Shown: positions 13,083-25,640, counted from the stretch's first letter. The stretch is 64,000 nt of DNA from Chiloscyllium plagiosum (GCF_004010195.1 NC_057719.1:43926847-43990846); one strand, 5' to 3'. The notes: generated by a model not told the origin, from the sequence alone. Numbers and translations are program-made.

Positions 13083-13454
13083 AATAACCCAGGCACTTGC
13101 AGAGTTTAAAAGAGATTGTTACTATTGTGAATATATTGAACTTCATCCAGTTATTACTAGAAAACCACGTATTGAAATACACAGCAAAATTATGCATGTA
13201 GGATGTAGTATTTGCCTTGAAATTAATCAACTTCAATGACAAAACTCAATTCTCTAGTGACCCATATTTACATCTAGCAAAAAGCACACGCTTAATAACT
13301 TTCAGTTTTCTGAATTAAAGTTTTAACTCTAGAAATAATGAATTACCTGATTGAGGTAACTGATAAGCAACCCTAAAATAAATTAAATTTAACCAATCTT
13401 GGAGTTAATCAGTTAAAAGCAAACTTGGATTTATCTTCTCAAGTCAGAGTTCAT

Positions 13455-14030
13455 AGTCAAAAAATGTGGTGCTGGAAAAGTACAGCAGGTCAGACAGCAT
13501 CTGAGAAGGAGAGTCAACGTTTCGGACATACGCTTTTCATCAGGAACACGGAGGCGGAAGGGGGCTGAGAGATAAATGGGGGTTTGGGGAGGAGGTTGGG
13601 GGTTGATGGTGATAGGTGGTCATTCTGATAGGAGGGTGGATTGGATAGATGGAAAGGAAGATGGACAGGTAGGACCGGTCAAGAGGGCTATTTGAGGGTT
13701 GGACCTGGGATGACATTGGGGGGAGATTTGGAAACCTGTGAAGTCAACGCTGATGCCATGTGGTTGAAGGGTCCCGAGGCTGAGGTTGAGGCATTCTTCC
13801 TCCAGTCGGTGGATGGCTTTGATTTAATGGTGGAAGAGGCCCAGGATTTGCATATCCTGGAAGAAGGTGAGGTGGAGTTGAAGCAGTCGGCCACAGGGCA
13901 GAGATGGTGTTTGGTGTGTGCGGATCAAGATGTTCCCTGAACAGCTCAAGCTGGCATCCTGTCTCCCCAATGTACGATACCACATTGAGAACAACTGATG
14001 CAGTACATGAGGTGTTTGGATGTGCAGGAG
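13455..14030 (-). mobile_element. Penelope-like element 3' fragment with GIY-YIG endonuclease remnant
   Basis: Minus-strand ...YIGETGCQLELFREHL... then family-B terminus with a degenerate hammerhead (CTGATGA at 13537-13543); TSD GTC(A/G)GAGTTCAT at 13443-13454 and 14031-14042. Confidence 0.75.
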
Positions 14031-15119
14031 GTCGGAGTTCATGTTGATAAAAACAGGAACAGTGGATGACCTATCAAAGCTAGTGACTTAGCCAAGAAGT
14101 TCAGAGAAAGGAGAATTACATCTTTTAAAAATGTCATACATGCTCATGATTAAAGAGTTGTGCTGAAGGTAGAATTATTTATTTACATTTCTGTTTCATA
14201 TTATCCCATAATCATTCCATACAGTCATAGAAAGAATGATTTAGACTGTAGCCTTAGTTACAAGGTTCTGCATATGTACATTTACCAACAGAAACATGCA
14301 CCTCATTTAGGGTTTTAAGGTAATAACAGTTAGAAAATTTATGATAAGTTTTCGCTAGAAGCAACCTACAGTGGTTCTCATTCAGAATTGTTGCAGTTAC
14401 CAGAATGTTTGGTCAATTAGGTTGGAAAGAATTGCTTAGAAGCTTTGGGAGAAAACTGCTAAAAATGAGTCTCGGGTATCTCTCCAAAGTCAACGAGTTA
14501 AGGGATCTACAACTTTAAAGTCTTCAAAGAAAATCTGAGAATTGTTTAGCCAAGAACTAATGAAGATCTCTATGCTTCTTTTAAAGGCATAAATGGATAG
14601 GAGGAAGTAGAAGAAACAGGGAACTGAGTTAGATGAAAGAATAAAAAAAAGCATATTATTTAAATGGTGTGAGGTTGCGGACCTCTGAGGGTTAAGACTT
14701 TGGAATTCCCCTTCTCAAAAGGCAGAGGAAGCAGAATGTTGAAATATTAAGGCAGAGGTAGATAGTTTCTTGATTACCATGGGGATCAAAAACAATTAGT
14801 AGTATGCAAGAACGTGGAGTGAAGGTTAAAATCAAATCAGCCACGTTGTTATTGAATGGTGGAGCCGGTTCAAACAGCCAAATAGTCTACTCTTGTTCCT
14901 TGTCCGTATGTACAAGTCTATTTAGCTTTCAATGACAAAAGATCAATATTCCAAGTTAGAGGTTATTACACCTAATTATAAATGTTTGGCAAGTATACAT
15001 GTAATAAAAAGATACTAGAAGAATATTTATAGAAACTTTTTATATTAATTATCTGGGCTACATTTCTATAGCAAATAGAAATTTACATCTTGGTTATGAA
15101 GCAATCAATATAAATCACT

Positions 15120-16265
15120 TGACCAGTAAGCCTACATCTGTAGTAGCTAAGTTACTTGAAACGATTCTAAGATATACATGCATTTGGAAAATCAGAGTTT
15201 GATTAAGAATAGTTAGCACAGCTACGTGCATGGAGATCATGCCTGACAAATTAGAGTCCTTTAATGAAGTGACCATGAAAGTTGACGAGGACAGGATGGT
15301 AGACGTGGTCTATGTGGATTTCAGTAAGGTTGGACTTTGTGAGGCCACACTTGGAGTATTGTGTTCACTTTGATCAACTTGTTAGAGGAAGGATGATTTT
15401 GAACTGGAAAGAGGGTAGAAGAAAATTGTAAGGATTTTGCCAGGATTCAACAGTCTGAGTTATAGGGAGAAGTTGGACAAGCTAGGACATTTTTCTTAAG
15501 AGCATAGGAGACTGAGGGGGAATTTTATAGAAGTGTATAAGATCACGAGAGGCATGGATAGAGAGAATGCATTGTCTTTTTCCCACAGTTGGGGAATCAA
15601 GAACTAGAGGGCATCAGTTTAAGGTTAGAGGGGAAAGAATAAAAGGGAAGCTGAGGGGCGTATGGAATGAGCTGCAGAGAAAGTGGTTGAGGTTGGCACA
15701 TTAACAGCATTTAAAAGGCATTTGGACAAATACATGGATAGGAAAGGTTTAGAACAGAGGTGGGGAACCTTTTCATGTCGGAAGGCCGCATTATGTTAGT
15801 TGTAATCTAATAAGGCTGCATCCAAGAAACTTCGATTATATATTCTTCAAAATTCACATTATTTTGTAAATATCTAACTACTAACTAAAAAAAAGAAAAA
15901 ATTGTTAATTCTAAAGTTAACTAACCTTTTAATGACTTTGTTGTGACTGCTTTTTGTAGGAAAGCATTTGAATATTTGGTTGCAGCATGGAGGTCTGCAG
16001 TTTTAGCTGATCCTCTAGATGGGTATCAGTCATTTGTGACCTTAAGGGCATCTTGATTTTGGTTAAGTAAGAGAATGTAGATTCGCAGCAATAAGTGGTT
16101 GAAAAGCAAGAAAGCATTTTTCGTGCATGGCCTAGAAGGCCGCAGGTTCCCACCCCTGGTTTAGAATATGGGTCAAGTGCAGGGAAATGGGGTTAGTGTT
16201 GATGGACATTTTGGTCAGCATGGACTAGTTTGGGCCAAAGGGCCTGTCTCTGTAGGACTCAATGA
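15120..16265 (+). mobile_element. Degraded CR1 LINE with nested hAT element
   Basis: RT-region remnants (RPVSLTS-like, VDVVYVDFSK) and a CR1 3' UTR/tail that resumes after 16166. Confidence 0.75.
15755..16158 (-). mobile_element. hAT (Charlie/SPIN-like) internally deleted DNA transposon
   Basis: TIRs CAGAGGTGGGGAACCT / AGGTTCCCACCCCTG; perfect 8-bp TSD GTTTAGAA (15747-15754, 16159-16166). The minus strand retains the transposase C-terminal dimerisation segment FSTTYCCESTFS...RSQMTDTHLEDQLKL...QQSH*. Confidence 0.88.
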
Positions 16266-18724
16266 CTAATCACGCGATGATTTAACTGCAGTCGTGTGTG
16301 TCCATGCTTGCACGTGTGAGATATTGCACAATATATTCATGGGCAATTTGTCATGCAAAAAATTGAGATAAACCCACAATCCTACAGTACTGTTGCAAGC
16401 TTCTACAGATTCCATGTTTTACATTGTTTACATTGTTTACTAATTGGTTTCTCTGAATTATTCACATTTTGTTTCCATAATGCCAAAGCAGCTTTTAACA
16501 CCAACGTTTTTTCAGGCTAAACTGCTCCTGCTCGAAGCAAAATGAACCAAATGATCCCGGTCGAGGTTCCTTTAGGGTTGGGCGAGAGAGGAAGCTCTTT
16601 ATGGTGAACAATTGAATTGCACTACTGGAGAAGGAATCAGCCAAGCAAGCTGCCAAAATGAGTCTCGATACATCTGCAGTTCCAGACAAATTGCCACACT
16701 CGCAATTAGTGTTAGCTGTGTTAACTGCAACATTGTAGCAATGATCCATTCCTACCAGGAGATAGATGGGGGTCAGATAGTTCAGTTGTCCAGATGGCTT
16801 GTTCATGATGCAGAGTGATGTCAACTGCATGAGTTCAATTGCTGCACTGGCTGAGGTTACCATGGACTCTCCTCCTCAAACTCTCCCCTTGCCCTAGGCA
16901 TGATAATTCTCAGGTTAAACCTCCAATTGTCTCTCTCTAATCAGAGAGCAGCTCTATGGTCCGGTTCAAGAAAAACACTTTACCTTTTACCAGATAGATC
17001 CAGCAAAACTTAGCTTCAACTGCAAAACTGTTAATTGGAGATCTCCAGGAAGACTTGCACAAACACACATACTTAATTCTTCAAGCTACAAGCCCTCTGG
17101 CAGTTGTCTACTACTGAAGGATAAAATTGGTACAATTTATACAGAGTATAGTATGCGATCTTAACTTAAGACTTAATCAGTTTATTACAAGAGTTAATAT
17201 TAAATTTCAACCTGCAAACTTATCTACAATTCTTAGCATATAGCATAGCTCTAACTCCTTTTTTCCCCGGCTTTAGATGGATCACCAGAATAATGATTTG
17301 AAATTCTGCAAAATTGTAGGGGAAGGGGGTCATGAGTGGAAGTGGTGCTGGAATTTTGCAAGTACTTCAAGATTCTGAAGATGGGAAAGCAAAATGTATC
17401 TAATAAGCACAAGGTACAAACTAGCTCTTCTGAAGGAGCTACAATGGTGATTACTTTCATTATGTCAAACTCTAATACTGAGGCATGTGTATTGGGGGTT
17501 CGTCATTGTGCATAATTGGAGAGAATACTGATGAACCAAGTTGGATCTTCAGAATGCACATGTATCTGATGACCCTGGAAATTGTACATCATTCATGCTA
17601 TCTGCCTGGCCTTCAGACAGAATGCCTTCAACAACCTCAGCTCCATTCCCTAGAAATTCTCCTTGTAAACCTTTTCTCTTTACTCAAAGGTTTTCGATCT
17701 TGTTCAAAACCACTAAGATTAATCTTCAAAAACTTACAATCTCTCCTAACTTTCTGACTGTGATGCAGGAGGCACACCTTATAATCCATGCAACACAGCT
17801 TTGGATATTTCTCTACATGAATATACTACAAAAAAGCCATTTGGGTTAAGAGGAACGAGTTTCAAACACTGGGTCAGCACTTTATGAAGAACAGAAAGGT
17901 CACAAACTCCCCAAGACAAGTGACTAGTATGACTATTTCTAAACCATCTCATATTCTGCACACAAGTATGCTTTAAATTGAAAACAAACATACTATGATT
18001 CACTAGATGTGTGATTACAATTAAGAAGTTGCTTGACAGATGCAATCAACAGATGAAAATATGTCTGAGATGGAAACTAGAAAAATATTTGCACTTTGTA
18101 CACTGCACATGAATAGATCAAAAGAGTTACTTTCAGCAAGGAGAACAGTGCATTTTGCAACCATTACTCTATGAAAAAAATTACTCCCGTTCCAAAGGAA
18201 ACCTACTGTGAGACTACAAAACATGTTAAAACACAAACAATAAAAGCTAATCTTTCTGGATGCTTAGGGTCTAAAGGTTTAGTACACGTTATTTAGAACA
18301 AAGAGCTACTGGCCAGTCATTGATCATATGCAGTTTCGTAAAAGGATATCAAAACATATGGATTCAAAAATAAACAGCAACTGTAGCTGTAAATACAACT
18401 TCAAATTCAATGTTCTACATTTGCCAGTTTGACACAAGAATATTCTCATGCCAATTAACATGTGACAGAACTATTAAGACTGCAAGTATTAACAAATCAT
18501 TTCACTTAATCTCCAATGTAATATTTGCTGCACTGCATTTAAGTTTATCTTGGAAGATGAATAAACTAGAAATCTGGAAACAATCGATAGTGAGGTCACC
18601 ACCATGCTGTTTGGATGGAAGTTGCCAGGGTGGGCAAAGTTGTAATAGAAGATAGAGAATTACTAATAAAGCAAGGAAGATAACTGAATCCACCTTCATG
18701 TTACAATTACTATTTTGGGAATGA

Positions 18725-18941
18725 TTAAAAAAAAAGTGTATGGAATGAGCTGCCAGAGGAATGGTGGAGGCAGGTACAACTACAACATTTAAAAGGCACC
18801 GGGATGGGTATTTGAATCGGAAGGGTTTAGAGGGATATGGGCCAAATGCTGGCAAATGGGATTAGATTTATTTAGGATATCTGGCCGAAATGGACAAGTT
18901 AGACCAAAGGGTCTGTTTCTGTACTGTATATCTCTATGACT
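18725..18941 (+). mobile_element. CR1 LINE 3' end
   Basis: WNELP...FKRH.DGYLNRKGLEGYGPNAGKW motif with a (CTATGACT) tail, which continues at 19534-19550. Confidence 0.8.
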
Positions 18942-19533
18942 GTTGTGGTTCTGTTCGCCGAGCTGGAAATTTTTGTTGCAAACGTTTCGTCCCCTGTCTA
19001 GGTGACATCCTCGGTGCTTGGGAGCCTCCTGTGAAGCGCTTCTGTGGTGTTTCCTCCGGCATTTATAGTGGCCTGTCCCTGCCGTTTCCGGTTGTCAGTT
19101 TCAGCTGTCCGCTGTAGTGGCCGGTATATTGGGTCCAGGTCGATGTGTTTGTTGATGGAGTTTGTGGATGAGTGCCATGCTTCTAGGAATTCCCTGGCTG
19201 TTCTCTGTTTGGCTTGCCCTATAATGGTAGTGTTGTCCCAGTCGAATTCATGTTACTTGTCGTCTGCGTGTGTGGCTACTAAGGATAGTTGGTCGTGGCG
19301 TTTCGTGGCTAGTTCATGTTTCAGCCACTACAGCGGACAGCTGAAACTGACAACCGGAAGCGGCAGGGACAGGCCACTATAAATGCCGGAGGAAACACCA
19401 CAGAAGCGCTTCACAGGAGGCTCCCAAGCACTGAGGATGTCACCTAGACAGGGGACGAAACGTTTGCAACAAAAATTTCCGCTCGACGAACAGAACCACA
19501 ACAACGAGCACCCGAGCTACAAATCTTCATCCA
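18942..19533 (+). mobile_element. Penelope-like fold-back insert (family C) with GIY-YIG C-terminal remnant
   Basis: Arms 18941-19121 and 19324-19503. The spacer encodes, on the minus strand, HELATKRHDQLSLVATH...FDWDNTTIIGQAKQRTAREFLEAWHS...INKHIDLDPIY. TSD ATCTCTATGACT at 18930-18941 and 19534-19545. Confidence 0.85.
19428..19467 (+). ncRNA. Minimal type I hammerhead ribozyme (family C)
   Basis: GCA-CUGAGGA-U-GUCACC-UAGACA-GGGGAC-GAAA-CG-UU/UGC: CUGANGA core, stem II, palindromic ACGU stem III, GCA/UGC stem I. Confidence 0.75.
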
Positions 19534-21269
19534 ATCTCTATGACTCTATGAATGCTGAGGCCCAGGTAATGCAATGGGACAATGAAACCATTATCAATTA
19601 TTACAAAAACTTCATTCATGTCCTTTAAAGAAATCTGCTATCCTTACCCGGCTTGGCCCACAGCAATGTGGTCGACTTCTAACTGCCTCTGAAATTGCCT
19701 CACAAGCAGAAAGCTTCCACTCCTGCTCTTAGTTCCTATGTTTCATCATTCACCTATGCTGTTAATCTCCTGCTGCTATTCCAGGCTGATTCACCATCAG
19801 ACAAACCTATAGCTTCCACCTAAAAGATCAAAATGTGTTCATCACTATGATATGAACAGCAACTCTAACTGCTATCCTCTCCCTCATCTTTCCAACTAGC
19901 AAACCCACCAGGGTCTAATGTAACATATTTTCTAGTCTGTCCCAAGGCTGACTTTGCAGATGCTCACTAGAATTTCTTTCCATGTCCTCTCTGAGTTCAA
20001 CTTGTCCACAAAATCCATCTTCTGATCGCAAAATCCTATTCCTGTTAAGTTGTTGACCATTTTCCATTACTTATCTACATGTTTTATTATATTGTACATA
20101 GCTTCAATCCCATTTCCAAAACTGCTGTTATAAAAACCCACCTCAAAAAAGCTACCCTTCGACAGTAAAATAAAACAAAGAACCACTGATTCTGGAAATC
20201 AAACAAAAAGAAAAATTGCAGGAGAAACTCAGCAGGGGCCTGGAAGTATCTGTGGAGAGAAAGAGTTAACATGCTGACCCTTCTTCAAAACACTGCTGTG
20301 TTTCTCCAGAAACTTCTGATTTTTTTACCATTAGACAGTGTTCATGTAAATGATCAGTCCTGCTCCTATTTCTTCTTCAAAGCTCTTGCCAAAATCAGTG
20401 GCCAACTGCTTTACAACAATATTTTTGAATCACCTGCTACAGCACTAAAAACAATGCAAAGTACATCTGTGACTGCGTTGCACAATCACCCCTCAACCTC
20501 CTTAGATCCACTACAGCATCAAGCAATGTTGAGCACACCATTTTGCCTCTCCTTCCCCACCCAGATGATTAGGGTTGCTTTTGTGCTCTCGTTGTAACCA
20601 CTTGCAACAGCTTACCCCCACCTCACTCCCTCCAAAATCCCTAAAATCTATCCATAGCCCCATCATATTTTCATACTCCCCAGCAATCTCATATCTTCAC
20701 ACACATTTTCTATTATCAACCTATTCAGAAATGTTACAACACATATTTGGGACAGGTGGGACTTGAACACAGGTTCACCTGGCTAACAGGTAGGGACACT
20801 CCCACTGTGCCACAAGACCTCTCATGCTTCAACCTCACCAGCTTGCAATCTCTCCACTGCCAGATGTCTAACATCCTATCGCAAGTCCAAACCCATCCTG
20901 ACCACTGTTCCATGGTGAACCAAATTGTTTGCAAATTTGACATCTTTTGAATTCTTTACTGACTCTACGCGCTTCCCATCACAAAGGCCAATTACTTCAT
21001 CCTTCGCAACATCACCCACCTATATCCCTCTCTCAAACTTACCACGGCCGAAACCCCTTTCCATGTTTGTGTGTTTATCGACTGGACTGAGGAGAGATAC
21101 AGTCAAAAAAAAACTTTACAGTCTGGAGACTAGCGGCCAAAAGCTACCTTCTGCTGAAAATAAAATGCTCCGATTCTGCAACTAAGACAACTGATGGTTA
21201 AATTTTAAAAAGGGTTCGTAACAACTGTTGCAACTGAGCCTCAACCACAAGATTAAATACCAACACAAG

Positions 21270-21775
21270 CTCCGCCCGCCAACCCATACAACACCCCTCT
21301 CCTCCCTCATCGCTATTCTCAACTAGCAAATAGCAAGTCCCATTAATAATCATCCCCACAACACTAATGGACCAACGCTTTGGTTAAAAGACGTAAGATG
21401 CATCAAAACATTAAGAGTTAAGAGCCCCCGCCAAGGGGGCGGTTGCTCCGGGAACTTTAAAACGGGCCCCGGCCCAATCCCCCGGACCCCGCACTTACTC
21501 CTCAACAGTGGAGACGTCTCCTTCTTCACGTACTTCCCCTGCACCTCAGGCGGTTTGGACGCTTCGTTTTTACTTTTCTTCCTCGATAACATCTCTTTAA
21601 AGAAGCGCTCCGCCCCTCTAACATGGCGGTGCCCGCATCCTAAGTGCAGCTCATCAGATCAGAGCCAGACGCGGACTCCCTACCGGCCGGCCCGCCCGCG
21701 GAATGCTGGGAATACACCCACGGAATGCTGGGAACTGGGTTGGGGCAATGCTAGGCATGCGCACTGTTCGCCAAT
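21270..21775 (-). promoter_or_regulatory. CpG-rich SAV1 promoter / first-exon region
   Basis: Locally GC- and CpG-rich in an AT-rich, CpG-depleted window. GC boxes (CCGCCC near 21272, 21610, 21692), YY1-like AACATGGCGG (21620-21629), NRF1-like GCATGCGCA (21755-21763), repeated CGGAATGCTGGGAA (21699, 21721). Confidence 0.75.
21499..21592 (-). CDS. SAV1: SAV1 coding exon 1 (start codon)
   Basis: MLSRKKSKNEASKPPEVQGKYVKKETSPLLR, the recognisable Salvador N-terminus; 94 nt ending at donor |gtaagt (21498). Confidence 0.96.
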
Positions 21776-21957
21776 ATTTCCAAGAATGGTTGGTACCAGA
21801 ATTGATTGACAAGACACTTACCCACCTGTACTCTCCATCTTGCCCAGCTCTAACATTGCTACAACTGGTTGGTTCAATGAGGACTTCTGCAGTGAAGTGA
21901 ATAAGACTGACACACTTGTTGCTTATTAAGTGTGAGGTGGTGGAACTTTCCTCTGAA

Positions 21958-22247
21958 CACAGCTGCCTCACAGCGCCAGGGACCCAGGTTCGATTTCAGC
22001 CTTGGGTGACTGGCTGTGTGCAGTTTGCACATTCTCCCCGTGTCTGCGTGGGTTTCCTCTGGGTGCTCCGGTTTCCTCTCACATTCTAAAGATGTGCAGG
22101 TCAGCTGAATTGGCCATTCTAAATTGCCCAGTTTTAGGGGCATTAGTCAGAGGGAAATGGGTCTGGGTGATTTATCTTCGGAGAGTCGGTGTGGACTTGT
22201 TGGGCCAAAGAGCCTGTTTCCACACTATAGGGAATTTAATCTAATCA
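21958..22247 (+). mobile_element. HE1/V-type tRNA SINE (5' slightly truncated)
   Basis: B-box ggttcgatttc; V-domain-like attctccccgtgtctgcgtgggtttcctctgggtgctccggtttcc; (aatct) tail. Confidence 0.85.
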
Positions 22248-22418
22248 AAACACACTGGACTGATTATGATGTCCTCTTAGGAGACCTCCTCACCTTTCCA
22301 GAAGATTTATCCACTTATGTATCACCTCTATTCATTCAAACCTTCTGATGCAGTCTAAGAGAGTTGTCATAAATTTAATGCGTATTTGTGGAGCAAGTAG
22401 TTTTTGCAGCATCCTTGA

Positions 22419-24980
22419 GTTGTGTATAGACCTCCTAACAGTGGTCAGGACCAGGGACGCAACATGTATCGGGAAATAGAGAAGGCATGTCAGAAAGGCA
22501 AGGTTACATTGATCATGGGAGACTTCAATAGGCAGGTGGACTGGGTAAATAATGTTGCTAGTGGATCTAAAGAAAGGGAATTCATAGAATGCTTACAGGA
22601 TGGCTTTTTGGAACAGCTTGTCATGGAGCCCACAAGAGAGCAGGCTATTCTGGACCTAGTGCTTTGCAATGAACCAGACTCTATAAAAGATCTCCAAGTA
22701 AGGGAACCCTTAGGAAGTAGCGACCATAATATGATAGAGTTCAGTCTGCAGTTTGAAAGAGAGAAGGCTAAATCGGATGTAATGGTGTTACAGTTGAATA
22801 AAGGTAATTATGAGGGCATGAGAGAGGAACTGACTAAAATAGACTGGAAGCAAAGGCTAACCGGGAAGACGGTAGAGCAAAAATGGCAGGAGTTTGTAGG
22901 TATAATTGAGGACACTGTACAGAGGTTCATTCCCAAGAAAAGAAAGATTAACAGGGGAGGGACTAGACAACCTTGGCTGACAAAGGAAGTCAGGAAATGT
23001 ATTAAAGAAAAAGAGAGATCCTATAAAATGGCTAAGAACAGTGGGAAATCAGAAGATTGGGAAGGATACAAAAGCAAACAGAGGATAACAAAGAGTGTAA
23101 TAAGAAATGAGAGGATCAAATATGAAGGTAGGCTAGCCAATAATATTAGAAATAATAGTAAAAGTTTCTTTCAGTACATAAGAAACAAACGACAGGCAAA
23201 AGTAGACATTGGGCCACTTCAAACTGATGCAGGAAGCCGAGTGATGGGAGATAAGGAAATAGCAGGAGAACTTAACAAGTACTTTGCGTCAGTCTTCACA
23301 GTGGAAGACATGAGTAATATCCCAAAAATTAAAGGGTGTCACGGGGCTGAGTTGAGTATGGTTGCCATTACGAAAGAGATAGTGCTAGAAAAGTTAAAAA
23401 GTCTTAAAATTGATAAATCTCCTGGCCCCGATGGGATACACCCTAGAGTTCTGAGAGAGGTGGCGGAGGAAATAGCAGAGGCATTGGTTGAGATCTTTCA
23501 AGAGTCACTGGAGTCAAGAAAGGTCCCGGATGATTGGAAGATGGCTGTTGTAACCCCCTTGATCAAGAAAGGATCAAGGCAAAAGATGGAAAATTATAGG
23601 CCAACCAGCTTAACCTCGGTTGTTGGTAAAATTCTAGAATCCATCATTAAGGATGAGGTTTCTAAATTCTTGGAAGAGCAGAGTCTGATTAGAACAAGTC
23701 AACATGGATTTAGTAAAGGGAGGTCATGCCTGACAAACCTGTTGGAATTTTTTGAAGAGGTAACAAGTAGGTTAGACCAGGGAAACCCAGTGGATGTGGT
23801 CTATCTAGACTTTCAAAAGGCCTTTGATAAGGTGCCACACGGGAGGCTGCTGAGCAAGGTGAGGGCCCATGGTGTTCGAAGTGAGCTGCTGGGATGGATT
23901 GAGGATTGGCTGTCTAACAGAAGGCAGAGAATTGGGATAAAAGATTCTTTTTCGGAATGACAAGCGGTGTCCCGCATGGTTCAGTGTTTGGGCCGCAGCT
24001 GTTCATATTATATATTAATGATCTGGATGAAGGGATTGGGGGCATTCTAGCGAAGATTGCCGATGATACAAAGTTAGGTGGACAGGCAGGTAGTACTGAA
24101 GAAGTGGGGAGGCTACAGAAGGATCTAGACAGGTGGGGAGAGTGGTCCAGGAAATGGCTGATGGAATTTAACGTGAGCAAGTGCGAGGTCTTGCACCTTG
24201 GCAAAAAGAATAAAAGCATAGACTACTTTCTAAATGGTGAGAAAATTAATAAAGCCAAAGCACAAAGGGATCTGGGAGTGCTAGTCCAGGATTCTCTAAA
24301 GGTAAACATGCAGGTTGAGCCCGTGATTAAGAAAGCGAATGCAATGTTGTCTCTTATCTCAAGAGGGTTGGAATATAAAAGCAGAGATGTACCACTAAGA
24401 CATTATAAAGCTCTGGTTAGGCCCCATTTGGAGTACTGCGTCCAGTTTTGGTCCCCACACCTCAGGAAGGACATACTGGCACAGGAACGTGTCCAGCGGA
24501 GATTCACACGGATGATCCCTGGAATGACAGGTCTAACATATGAAGAACGGCTGAGGATACTGGGATTGTATGCGTTGGAGTTTAGAAGATTAAGGGGAGA
24601 CTTAATAGAGACGTACAAAATAATACATGGCTTGGAAAAGGTAGATGCTAGGAAATTGTCTCCTCGTTTAACTGAAACTAGGACCCGTGGACACAGCCTT
24701 AGAATTAGACGGGGTCATTTCAGAACAGAAATGCGGAGACATTTCTTCAGCCAGAGAGTGGTGGGCCTGTGGAATTCATTGCCACGGAGTGCAGTGGAAG
24801 CCGGGACGCTAAATGTCTTCAAGGCCGAGATTGATAGATTCTTGTTGTCTAGAGGAATTAAGGGCTACGGGGAGAACGCTGGTAAATGGAGCTGAAATGC
24901 GCATCAGCCATGATTGAATGGCGGAGTGGACTCGATGGGCCGAATGGCCTTACTTCCACTCCTATGTCTTATGGTCTTAT
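22419..24980 (+). mobile_element. Young 5'-truncated CR1 LINE; ORF2 (APE endonuclease + reverse transcriptase) broken by one frameshift
   Basis: ORF 22422-23960 has YRPP, GDFN, LDLVL, SDH, KSPGPDG, YRP.SLTS, QHGF and YLDFQKAFDKVPH. ORF 23957-24895 has SGVP.GS, LYINDL, IADD and the CR1 C-terminus. 3' tail cttatggtcttat. Confidence 0.95.
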
Positions 24981-25367
24981 TAAGTCTTTCAGCTCATTAC
25001 GCACCTCTCCCTGTACAGTGCTGGAACTCTGGAACTCAAATTCTTCTTCTATTATAATACATAGAAATCAGTAGCTGGATAGAAAAGAATCAACAACTAA
25101 TCCGTGAATAGTTGAGAATTGTTTTTAAAAGACCTGCTAGGTGTTGGGAATGGTTTCGTCCTGCTGAACAATACGAGTGAGAAAGTGCTTGGTGAAATGT
25201 GGACCTTCAAACTCCAGAGTTGCATTTTGACTGACATCAGAATCTGTTCAGTCTGCATACCTCTGTTGAACATTGTCAACACGTATGTGTGAATGCCCTC
25301 AGCAAAGTGATACATAACAGAATAGCACCAAAAATATATATGCATCATGAATGTCATTTTATGTCAT

Positions 25368-25640
25368 GCAGGCCATTCAGCTCATCAAGTCCGCACCCAC
25401 CCCTTGAAGAGCATCCCACTCAGACACATCCCCCTACCGTATTCTTGTAACCCTCCATTTCCCATGACTAACCCACCTAGCCCACATATCCCTAGACACT
25501 ATGGGCAATGTAGCATGGGCAATCCATCTAACCTGCACATTTTTGGTCAATGGGAGGAAACTGGAACACCTTGGGAAACTCGTGCAGACGTGGGGAGAAT
25601 GTGCAAACGGCACATACATGGGTGCCTGAGGCTGTGTGTG
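25368..25640 (-). mobile_element. HE1/V-type SINE fragment
   Basis: Reverse complement of the V-domain and CR1-like tail seen at 21958 and 43607. Confidence 0.7.

Noticed and set aside
23957..23960. ATGA stop-start overlap between the 512-aa and 312-aa ORFs, suggesting translational coupling of two genes
   Set aside because: Both ORFs are halves of one CR1 ORF2 reverse-transcriptase domain; the junction lacks the usual W..V residues, consistent with a small deletion causing a frameshift.
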